Sequence record: LR756508.1
Length of the DNA: 64,000 bases
Reading direction: 5' to 3' (one strand)
Below are positions 29,337-37,148 of this stretch, one piece after another. Position numbers and translations under genes: made by a program. Within the stretch, counting starts at the first letter, position 1. Each line of letters starts with the position of its first letter. The notes under the pieces are model-generated. The model had not been told where the DNA came from. It saw nothing but the letters and a program-made list of their open reading frames with translations, and searched no databases.

Positions 29337-29629
29337 ATGCCTAGAACTCTTTTTCCAGAGGATGACAAAAAAGATCTGGTTAAATCGAATCCAGAAGGTT
29401 CTGAGAGAAAAACGTTTATTATGACTATGACACGTTTGATGGAACTGTAACAAAAATATCGGAAAATGAAGCGGGTATTTTTGAGACGAATAATGGTAAC
29501 CTGTCTGGAACTACTGGAAACAACTCGGTTGTTACCGTTGGCGTAGACTCCAACAACGTGTATATTGAAAACCGAACTGCTTCTGATCCAAATACGATAA
29601 CATACACGAAATTGAATGCGAACGTGTAA
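29337..29629 (+). pseudogene. Cryptic frameshifted gene resembling a tail-fibre C-terminal beta domain
   Basis: MPRTLFPEDDKKDLVKSNPEGSE from 29337. In the -1 frame from about 29405: KNVYYDYDTFDGTVTKISENEAGIFETNNGNLSGTTGNNSVVTVGVDSNNVYIENRTASDPNTITYTKLNANV*. Absent from the ORF track because it has no in-frame start. Confidence 0.5.
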
Positions 29630-29757
29630 TCCGAGTCAAGAAAATATTGAGAAAGTATGAAGAAAACTGACTGGCCGTCTATGTATTGGTAGGAAACGAA
29701 GAAAAATGGTTACTTCGTGTTTTTCGAAACGAATGATAACAAATAGAGAGAAACCGA

Positions 29758-30246
29758 ATGGCTGTTCTCGAAGCAGATGAAATTTTCTACACGGAATTCG
29801 AGCCGAAGATGTCAAATCGTTTTGTGTTCCGTGTGGAAGGAATTCCAACGTTTTTGATCCGACAAGCCGACAGGCCGTCTTTTAGCTTCGGTGAAGTTGA
29901 GCTGCCTCACATTAATATCACCAGGAAGGTAAAAGGTAAGGTCAACCACGATACGGTGAGTCTTACCCTTTACGATCCTATCTCTCCAACTGGTTCACAG
30001 ATTGTTATGGAGTGGATTCGACAGCATCACGAATCAGTGACAGGAAGGGATGGATATGCAGATCTTTATAAAAAAGACGTCACCTACAACTCCCTTGATC
30101 CTGTAGGGGCTGAAATTGAGCAGTGGACTCTTAAAGGAGCGTTCGTTACTGACGTTGACTTTAGTGGTGGTGATTGGAGTGATGGTGATAGCGTCAAGAC
30201 CATAGATCTCACTTTAGCGTACAGTTATCCAGTGCAAGAATACTGA
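29758..30246 (+). CDS. Tail tube protein (T4 gp19-like)
   Basis: FEPKMSNRFVF, RPSFSFGEVELPHIN, LTLYDPI, LDPVGAEIEQWTLKGAFVTDVDF, LTLAYSY. Confidence 0.92.
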   Translation: MAVLEADEIFYTEFEPKMSNRFVFRVEGIPTFLIRQADRPSFSFGEVELPHINITRKVKGKVNHDTVSLTLYDPISPTGSQIVMEWIRQHHESVTGRDGYADLYKKDVTYNSLDPVGAEIEQWTLKGAFVTDVDFSGGDWSDGDSVKTIDLTLAYSYPVQEY

Positions 30247-30514
30247 TTTTCTGGGCTTGTTGGCTTAGATTTTTGCGGATTATGTCTTCTTGCGCCTAAA
30301 AATATGCTCTTTTTCTTACGAACGTGATCACTTCCGTTTATCAGGAGGAAACCGTCAACTTAAGCAGAATTCCTGTATACTACCCTTAAATTGGAAAGCG
30401 CGTCAGTATTTTTACTCAGTTTTCAAAAACAATTAGGCAAACTTTCTATTATAGACAACCATAAAAAGCTGTGGAATTTTGCCTATATTTTTTTAAAAAT
30501 AACGTTACATCTCC

Positions 30515-32035
30515 ATGGACTTGGAGTTACAAGAAGAAATCGAGAGTTTGGTCGAAGAGAACCCGAAGCACTTCTATTGGAAGATAAAGAGTAAACATAA
30601 CGAACTTTTTGAAGAAATCGAAAATCAGTATGAAGATAAAGACTCTTTTTCCGAGGGTCTTTATCTTTTTCTGTATGGGGACGAAAAAGAGAAGTGCAAT
30701 TTGAAGGGCTGCTCCAACCCCTGCGTTTTCAGATCGTTTACCGATGGATATCGGAGCTATTGCTCAAAAAAGTGTGGGTATAAAAGCCAGAAAAACAAAG
30801 AGACAAGGAAGTGTGAAGTCTGTGAGTCTGAATTTGAAGTGAGAGAGAGTAGATCTAAAAAACTTTGTTCCCGAGAGTGCTGGCGCGAATGGAACCGCAG
30901 GGAAGATGTTCAGAAAAAACGTGAGAGAGCCAGAAAAAACACACTTCAACAGAAGTATGGTAACGATACATACCGAAATGTCAAAAAAGCGAAGAACACA
31001 AAAGAAAAGCGGTATGGAAATCCAAATTACAACAACTTAGAGAAGATAAAGTCTACAATGGAAGAAAAGTATGGTGGGATGGGTTTTCAATCTGATCATA
31101 TTCTTCAAAAGGTAGGCTCAAGTCGTTTCCCTCCCAACCAGTCGAAGTTAGAAAAAGAGCTGCAGGAGTTCATTTCCTCAATCACAGACTTCGAAGTCAA
31201 AACAAACCATCGTGGGTTTTTAAAAGGAAACAGGGAGCTGGATGTTTTTATCCCAGAGAAAAATGTAGCTATCGAATTCAATGGAATCTACTGGCATAGC
31301 GAAAATGGAGGCGGGGAATGTGGCCGAAATTATCATTTAAAAAAAACCGAGGAGTGCGAAGACAAAAATATCCAACTTATTCACGTTTTCGAAAACGAGT
31401 GGGAGGAAAAGAAAGAGATAGTCAAAGAAAGGTTAAAATATATCCTTGGAGAGTACGACGGGAAAAGAGTTTATGGTAGAGACACCGAGGTAAAAGAAAT
31501 TGAAGCTAAGCGGAAGAACGAGTTTTTAAGCGAGCACCACCTTCAGGGAGAAGATCGGAGTAACGTGAAGCTCGGATTGTTTTATAAAGGCAGCCTCGTA
31601 TCAGTTATGACGTTTTCAGAAAGAAGAGTTTCTTTAGGCGGAAACCCTGAAGACAATAGCTGGGAGCTTTCTCGGTTTTGTATGTCTTGCTCTGTTGTGG
31701 GCGGCGCTTCAAAACTTTTTTCTCATTTCGTTGAAAACCAGAATCCAGAAAAGGTCGTAACCTATGCAGATCGTAGGTGGAGTTCTTTAGCGAGAGGCAC
31801 GTTTTACGAAAAAACTGGGTTCGACTTCGATGGATTTGTTCGGCCTTCGTATTTTTATTTTGAAGAAAACGACAAAACAAATCTAAAACACAGGTTCAGT
31901 TTTCGCAAAAACGTATTAGGCGAGAAGCTTAAGGACTTCGATCCAGACCTTACGGAGTGGGAGAACATGAAAATGAATGGTTTTGATAGGATTTGGGACT
32001 GCGGAAAACTGCGGTATGTTTGGAGCGAAAAGTAG
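30515..32035 (+). CDS. Endonuclease family paralog 3
   Basis: ELDVFIPEKNVAIEFNGIYWHS; WELSRFC; GGASKLF; YADRRWS; RIWDCG. Confidence 0.75.
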   Translation: MDLELQEEIESLVEENPKHFYWKIKSKHNELFEEIENQYEDKDSFSEGLYLFLYGDEKEKCNLKGCSNPCVFRSFTDGYRSYCSKKCGYKSQKNKETRKCEVCESEFEVRESRSKKLCSRECWREWNRREDVQKKRERARKNTLQQKYGNDTYRNVKKAKNTKEKRYGNPNYNNLEKIKSTMEEKYGGMGFQSDHILQKVGSSRFPPNQSKLEKELQEFISSITDFEVKTNHRGFLKGNRELDVFIPEKNVAIEFNGIYWHSENGGGECGRNYHLKKTEECEDKNIQLIHVFENEWEEKKEIVKERLKYILGEYDGKRVYGRDTEVKEIEAKRKNEFLSEHHLQGEDRSNVKLGLFYKGSLVSVMTFSERRVSLGGNPEDNSWELSRFCMSCSVVGGASKLFSHFVENQNPEKVVTYADRRWSSLARGTFYEKTGFDFDGFVRPSYFYFEENDKTNLKHRFSFRKNVLGEKLKDFDPDLTEWENMKMNGFDRIWDCGKLRYVWSEK

Positions 32036-32097
32036 TGAACCAAGGCCAGTTATACTATATTTAATATAGAGTTGAAGGGCTTAATTAATTTTATAGA

Positions 32098-32817
32098 ATG
32101 CCAATGCAAGAAAAACTTCGGTCTATTGTTAAAGAAGAACTCCAAAAACTTGCTGAGAGAGCTGGAGTTCACCCACACAGATTTCGTAAGATCCGAAAGC
32201 GGTTAGAGATGAAGCACGGCTTCGAAATCACCGACTGGGGCACAGCCGATAGAGGTCAGTATGTGGAGCTCGATGGAAGCCATCGGATTGAATTCTTTCT
32301 CCGTGGAAGCAACGCTGCGGAAATTATCGTTGATGGAGAGTCAATTGGAAGAACTCGCCTCAGTAGAATTACAGACGCTATTGAAAACGCCGTCGAATCA
32401 GGAACGGTATTGGACCCAGAATACCGCTCCGAGGAAAGTAAAATTAGAGAGATTATTCGTAGGGAGCTAAAAGAGTTTGACGTAGCTCAACTTCCTTCAG
32501 CGAACTCAGTAAGAGGTGGGTACAATAAAAAAGTAGAGAATAAAAAAGACTTGGACGAAGATCACCTTTCTGACGGAGACAAGAGAAGGCTCAACAGAAA
32601 ACTCCGAGAATTACTTCGAAGAGCAGAAGCCGTTGATGAATTTGTAGAGAAGTCTATGAATCTCTATGGCAGAAATGGAAAACATAGCCCAATGGTTCTT
32701 ACTACGTTGGATGACATGAAGTGCTTTAGCGACGTCCGTTCCCGACTTGACCGACTCGCAAATTACTTAAAGGACGAATATCCGAACTTCGAATGGACTT
32801 TTAAGGAATCAATTTAA
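32098..32817 (+). CDS. Protein with two leader copies (N-terminal and internal)
   Basis: QEKLRSIVKEELQKLAE at the start and EESKIREIIRRELKE at nt 32431-32475. Confidence 0.75.
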   Translation: MPMQEKLRSIVKEELQKLAERAGVHPHRFRKIRKRLEMKHGFEITDWGTADRGQYVELDGSHRIEFFLRGSNAAEIIVDGESIGRTRLSRITDAIENAVESGTVLDPEYRSEESKIREIIRRELKEFDVAQLPSANSVRGGYNKKVENKKDLDEDHLSDGDKRRLNRKLRELLRRAEAVDEFVEKSMNLYGRNGKHSPMVLTTLDDMKCFSDVRSRLDRLANYLKDEYPNFEWTFKESI

Positions 32818-32832
32818 ACTTGAGAAAATGAT

Positions 32833-33294
32833 ATGGAAAAAAGAATAGAAAAGTTTGTAGACTATATTCGAGATTATCTTCGAAGACAAGACGCTAACAG
32901 CACAAATAAAGGTAAAATTAATCGTTTGCTTAAAAATGAGTTTGGAAGTCAAGCTGTTCGCTCCCGAGATCCACAAAAAGTTGTTAACGTGCTAAAGAAG
33001 GATGGAATTTTAACTCACGACTCGGACTCCTTTGGAAGCTACGATTACTACGTTCATCTGAGCGAGCAGAACGGCCTCCGACAAATTGTTCGAGAGGAGC
33101 TAAAAAACATTCTATCCGAGCAGGGCCGAGGACATCTTCCTAGCCAAGCCCAGCAACACATTAAAGACGCTCAGTATAATCTCGATCAAGCGAAAGGGGA
33201 GCTTCTCGGAACCGATTTCGAAGACTCTCAAATCTACGACGACCTCGCAAAAGCAGACCGAATTCTCAAATCCTACATTGACCAAATGAGATAA
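32833..33294 (+). CDS. Protein with an internal leader copy
   Basis: GLRQIVREELKNILSE at nt 33073-33120. Confidence 0.72.
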   Translation: MEKRIEKFVDYIRDYLRRQDANSTNKGKINRLLKNEFGSQAVRSRDPQKVVNVLKKDGILTHDSDSFGSYDYYVHLSEQNGLRQIVREELKNILSEQGRGHLPSQAQQHIKDAQYNLDQAKGELLGTDFEDSQIYDDLAKADRILKSYIDQMR

Positions 33295-33297
33295 ATT

Positions 33298-33555
33298 ATG
33301 AGACTAAAAGAAAGCCAACTAAGAAACGTTATACGTCAGGAGATTCAAAACGCTTTGACCGAAGATGATGATGGAGCGCTAAACCCCTGCATGTACTGCG
33401 GCTCTTCTGCCGAAAGGGCCAGAGATTATGCGCGGTCGGGCAAAACCACGATGATGGTAAGGTGCTCGAACGTGAACGACTGTCCAAATTGGACGGCAGT
33501 TGGCGCAAAAACACGGAGCGAAGCAGGTCAAGCCTGGAATGAGCTTCACTCTTAA
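33298..33555 (+). CDS. Leader fused to a Lar/Ral-like restriction-alleviation Zn domain
   Basis: MRLKESQLRNVIRQEIQNALTE, then LNPCMYCG..VRC..C..EA..AWN, the Lar-family signature. Confidence 0.7.
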   Translation: MRLKESQLRNVIRQEIQNALTEDDDGALNPCMYCGSSAERARDYARSGKTTMMVRCSNVNDCPNWTAVGAKTRSEAGQAWNELHS

Positions 33556-33569
33556 TTTGAGATTTGAGC

Positions 33570-33812
33570 ATGAAAGTTTCTGCAGACACACTAAGAAAAA
33601 TAATTAAGGAGGAAACAAGAGACCTGCTTAACGAAAAAGACAAATTCGATGGGCAGTCTGGAAACACTCTTCGCGTAAAAAAGAGAGCTTATCGCCAGGG
33701 AAGTGGCGTTGGGGGGATAATGATAAGCATAGAAGATGGTGGCAGGCCAGTGTTTCTAACAACGGATCAAGCTGGGAAGCTGAAGAATGCTATTGAGATG
33801 AAAACAAATTAG
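33570..33812 (+). CDS. Leader-bearing small protein (MKVSADTLRKIIKEETRDLLNE)
   Basis: ATG at 33570 begins the shared motif. Confidence 0.75.
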   Translation: MKVSADTLRKIIKEETRDLLNEKDKFDGQSGNTLRVKKRAYRQGSGVGGIMISIEDGGRPVFLTTDQAGKLKNAIEMKTN

Positions 33813-33851
33813 ACTAACAAAGTTTTGAATTAATCAAAAAATTGATGTATT

Positions 33852-34025
33852 ATGAGGCTTACAGAAAACAGACTTAAAAAAATTGTGCAAGAGGAGCTTG
33901 CAGAGGTTCTTTTCGAAGATGATCCCTGCTGGGAGAATTATACTATGGTGGGAATGAAACAAAAAAATGGGAAACTGGTTCCTAACTGCGTTCCCGACGA
34001 TGACGTTGAAAATTATGAAGGCTAA
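33852..34025 (+). CDS. 57-aa leader-bearing miniprotein with CW..Y...G.K.K.G..VPNCVP module (not in the ORF track)
   Basis: Translated by hand: MRLTENRLKKIVQEELAEVLFEDDPCWENYTMVGMKQKNGKLVPNCVPDDDVENYEG*. Confidence 0.8.
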   Translation: MRLTENRLKKIVQEELAEVLFEDDPCWENYTMVGMKQKNGKLVPNCVPDDDVENYEG

Positions 34026-34077
34026 TCTAATAGTTAGCAGTTTGAAAAGACTGTTTTAATATAATAGGGAATCTCAT

Positions 34078-34647
34078 ATGAAGCTACAAAATATCTTATA
34101 TGAGTCTGAGATCGTAAAAGAAAAACACGATCTTTCTGGCGCACCAGAAGAATTTGAAGTTCCAGATGTTAGCTCTAGCGCTAACAAGTTTAAAAATCCA
34201 AACGAAGTTGATCTCGGAGCCGTGAACTTTCTGGATACTGGTCCAGAGGGATGGGAAGCAGATGCCAACTCAAAAACGGCGAGTGCAGTAACGCTCGTTG
34301 ACGTCAAGGACGCAAAAAAACTGGAGGGAAAAATGAGGGAAAACAGAAAGTGGCACAAAAGAGAAGGCGAATGGTGGTTTGGCAATTTTCCACTCAAGAG
34401 CGAGGATGAAAATGTAACAACCTGGCAAAAATTTGTGAATGACATAGCCGAAAATGGCCTGGACTGGCCTATTACTGTATCGGTAACAAAATGGGGTGAA
34501 GCATTTCTGAGAGAAGGAAACCATCGCCTGGCAGTTTATGATCTTCTCGATATTCAACAAATACCCACTCATATCTGGTGGTGGGGAAACGTCCAAGGAA
34601 CGAAGCGTGATCCAATGAAAGAATACTTCGAAAAGGCATTTGAGTAA
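34078..34647 (+). CDS. ParB/Sulfiredoxin-like N-terminal domain protein with short leader MKLQNILYE
   Basis: DIAENGLDWPITV..FLREGNHRLAVY..IP, the ParB/Srx GxxR motif. Confidence 0.7.
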   Translation: MKLQNILYESEIVKEKHDLSGAPEEFEVPDVSSSANKFKNPNEVDLGAVNFLDTGPEGWEADANSKTASAVTLVDVKDAKKLEGKMRENRKWHKREGEWWFGNFPLKSEDENVTTWQKFVNDIAENGLDWPITVSVTKWGEAFLREGNHRLAVYDLLDIQQIPTHIWWWGNVQGTKRDPMKEYFEKAFE

Positions 34648-34726
34648 GTTTTCTGTTCAAACTCGCCTCAAGGGCTTGATTCTATAGTCTAATTTGAAAA
34701 GTTCTCGGTCTCAAAAAACGTAGTGG

Positions 34727-35584
34727 ATGATGAAAAAAAATTCTTCAAAAAAGCTCCAAAGAATTATTCTGGAGGAGTTAAGAAAATATAATCGAGATCG
34801 AGAGCTACTAAGCGAGTCTGGATTTCAACCAAGAAGTTCCCTCAAAAACTTTCAAAGGCAACGCAAAGGGATGATGTCAAACCTCATGGGAGGCGGCCCG
34901 AGCAGACCATCTACTCCCATGGAACAAGACTTTGGATGGAACCCACCTGAAGTCGATGAGTTTGATGGAAAATACCAGCTTGCAGAGAGTAGCAGTTTCA
35001 CAAATGGAAAAAGTGTTATAACTGAAAACGAGTCTGGCGTCGAGTCGACCTCTGAAGCTCAAATTGTAATCAGCACAAGCGATGCGAAAAGCTGCAGGCG
35101 AGCAGAAAATCATAAAAATTTGTGGAGAATAGTTCAAGGAAAAGGCTGGTACTTCGGGAAATATCCGTTAAATGAACGCGAAGACGAAGAAGTTTACTCG
35201 TGGAGAAAAATAATAAATGAGTTGGCGGAAAATGGTCCAAAAAAGCCAATCGAAATCCACGTCTGGTATAACGGTGAAGCAAAACTTTATGAAAGTAAAT
35301 ACGGAGCTGCGGCCTACGACATGCTTGGAATTCCACAGGTTCCCGCTCACATCAAATGGTTTGGGGGATCAGGTGGAACCGAAAGAGACGAGTTAAAAGA
35401 ATATTACCAAAGAGCTTTCCTCCCTAAAAATGCCAATAGTTTAGATCAATATTTTGATGGCGTAGACGGAGTGAACTTCGTAAGTGATAAGAAAAGAGTG
35501 AACTGGGTTGATGGAGACTCCGAGGTTCCTACCAGCCCTGCCGAAGCTTTGAAGACAGGAAACTACAAGGAGGGAAATATCTAA
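34727..35584 (+). CDS. Tandem paralog of the previous gene with the catalytic motif lost; long leader
   Basis: Aligns over W[WY]FG.[FY]PL..W....[DE][IL]AENG...PI...GEA, but EGNHR is replaced by ESKYG; starts KKLQRIILEELRKY..LLSE. Confidence 0.65.
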   Translation: MMKKNSSKKLQRIILEELRKYNRDRELLSESGFQPRSSLKNFQRQRKGMMSNLMGGGPSRPSTPMEQDFGWNPPEVDEFDGKYQLAESSSFTNGKSVITENESGVESTSEAQIVISTSDAKSCRRAENHKNLWRIVQGKGWYFGKYPLNEREDEEVYSWRKIINELAENGPKKPIEIHVWYNGEAKLYESKYGAAAYDMLGIPQVPAHIKWFGGSGGTERDELKEYYQRAFLPKNANSLDQYFDGVDGVNFVSDKKRVNWVDGDSEVPTSPAEALKTGNYKEGNI

Positions 35585-36438
35585 TGGTAAAATTCAAGTC
35601 ACTTCTTTTTGAGTCAGATCGTTTTGATGACCTATCAAAACCTGAAAAAGATGAAAAAGTTGAAGACTTAAAAAACCAGTTGAATACTGGCAACTGGATT
35701 GTAAAGGAGCCACTTCTTTATCGGGGAAGAGAGTGGGATGGTTTAATGAAAGTAAAAGACTCCGAGCGCTACGAAAAAAGAGAGCCCAGAGACACCAAAC
35801 TGCACTACGATTATCTAATTCATCACTTCACAGTTAACTGTTATCCAAACCTTCCTGACAGAAGAAAAAGTCGCTTCGCTTTGACTCATTTCGGAGATAC
35901 AAACATTTTCGGCGATGAGACCTATGTAATTTTCCCTCATAAGGATGCTAAAATTGCTTACTCTTACATGGATCCTTATGATTTTATAGTTGACATGCCG
36001 AAAAGAAAACAGGGTTTCATAAAAGGGTTAAAACCTTTTTTTAAAGATGGCAAGGAAAAAACATCACTTTATAAGAAATACGAAGATCAGATTTCAAAAG
36101 AGGTTAAAAACCTTATGTCTGACCTTTATGACGTTTATAATGGCAGTGAAATGCCTCTTTCACGTTACGGATGTCCCGAAGAAATCCTTGAAATGCTGAA
36201 CAATGAGTTGGATAAATTCAACGGAGACGAGCCTGGAGAGATTCGAAAAGTTATTTCGGGACTTAGCAATCTGATATGGATTTTTGAATCTGTTGTTTTA
36301 GAATATTTCGAAATTTTTAATACTGGGTATCCAGAGAATAAAGATATGGGAGCGGGAGAGGTTCTATATCAAGGAAAGTACCTGCAGGTTCATCGAGACC
36401 TGTTTGTGTTCGCTAAAGAAGAAAACGAGATAACATAA
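35584..36438 (+). CDS. Short-leader protein (MVKFKSLLFE), LYRG..REPRDT family, possible ART fold
   Basis: Paralog of 27179-27964. Confidence 0.5.
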   Translation: MVKFKSLLFESDRFDDLSKPEKDEKVEDLKNQLNTGNWIVKEPLLYRGREWDGLMKVKDSERYEKREPRDTKLHYDYLIHHFTVNCYPNLPDRRKSRFALTHFGDTNIFGDETYVIFPHKDAKIAYSYMDPYDFIVDMPKRKQGFIKGLKPFFKDGKEKTSLYKKYEDQISKEVKNLMSDLYDVYNGSEMPLSRYGCPEEILEMLNNELDKFNGDEPGEIRKVISGLSNLIWIFESVVLEYFEIFNTGYPENKDMGAGEVLYQGKYLQVHRDLFVFAKEENEIT

Positions 36439-36469
36439 TTCAAAATTTTAACCAAGAAAGAGAAAATGA

Positions 36470-37075
36470 ATGGATTTTAATGTTTTAGCCAAAAATTTAT
36501 TCGTAGAGGTTCGGAAGCCAGACGTAGATTATAACGAGGAGTTTGTAGAAGATCAGCTTGATAAAGTTGTTGCAGTCCTGGAAGGAAAACAAGGGTCTTA
36601 TACAACTGCCCTGGCAAGAGAATACGATCAAGTAAACAATGAATATAAGGAACTAAAAGAAGAAAGAAAAGAACTACGTGGCGACTTGTTGGAGCACGCA
36701 GAGAGCCTTTTTGACGCGGAAGACGAGGTAGCTACAAGGATTATCGAAACTGTCGGTCTTACCCTACAGCTTGATAAGCCTGTTTCTTACGAGCGTGAAG
36801 ACTTCGATAAAGAGGGGTTTTTAAAGGAGCTAATGGATCTTGTGCCCGAGCTTGAGGAACAGATCGAGGAGCTAATCGAGAAGTATACAGAAGTCAAGCA
36901 GATTGAGCGGTCTTCGAGGGTAAGAGTAAAAGAGGAAGGAATGAAAGACAAAGTTCAGAAAGCCTGGAATAAAGTTTCCGATGTCCTTTACGGATTCTGG
37001 CAAAAAATTCGGCGCTGGGGTCAAAGCTATGATCGTCGACTGGAGAAAATTCGAGCCAAGTACCTTTCTTCCTAA
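36470..37075 (+). CDS. Coiled-coil hypothetical protein with short-leader variant (LAKNLFVE)
   Basis: 201 aa helical ORF. Confidence 0.65.
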   Translation: MDFNVLAKNLFVEVRKPDVDYNEEFVEDQLDKVVAVLEGKQGSYTTALAREYDQVNNEYKELKEERKELRGDLLEHAESLFDAEDEVATRIIETVGLTLQLDKPVSYEREDFDKEGFLKELMDLVPELEEQIEELIEKYTEVKQIERSSRVRVKEEGMKDKVQKAWNKVSDVLYGFWQKIRRWGQSYDRRLEKIRAKYLSS

Positions 37076-37148
37076 ATAATCTCAGGCAAGGTTAAAAACA
37101 GAAAGAGAAAGTCTGTCAAATCAGACTTTAAGATTTGAGACATTAATA

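Noticed and set aside
37108-37129. AAAGTCTG-TCAAAT-CAGACTTT hairpin as a terminator
   Set aside because: The stem is AT-rich with only a short T-run; not enough support to call it.
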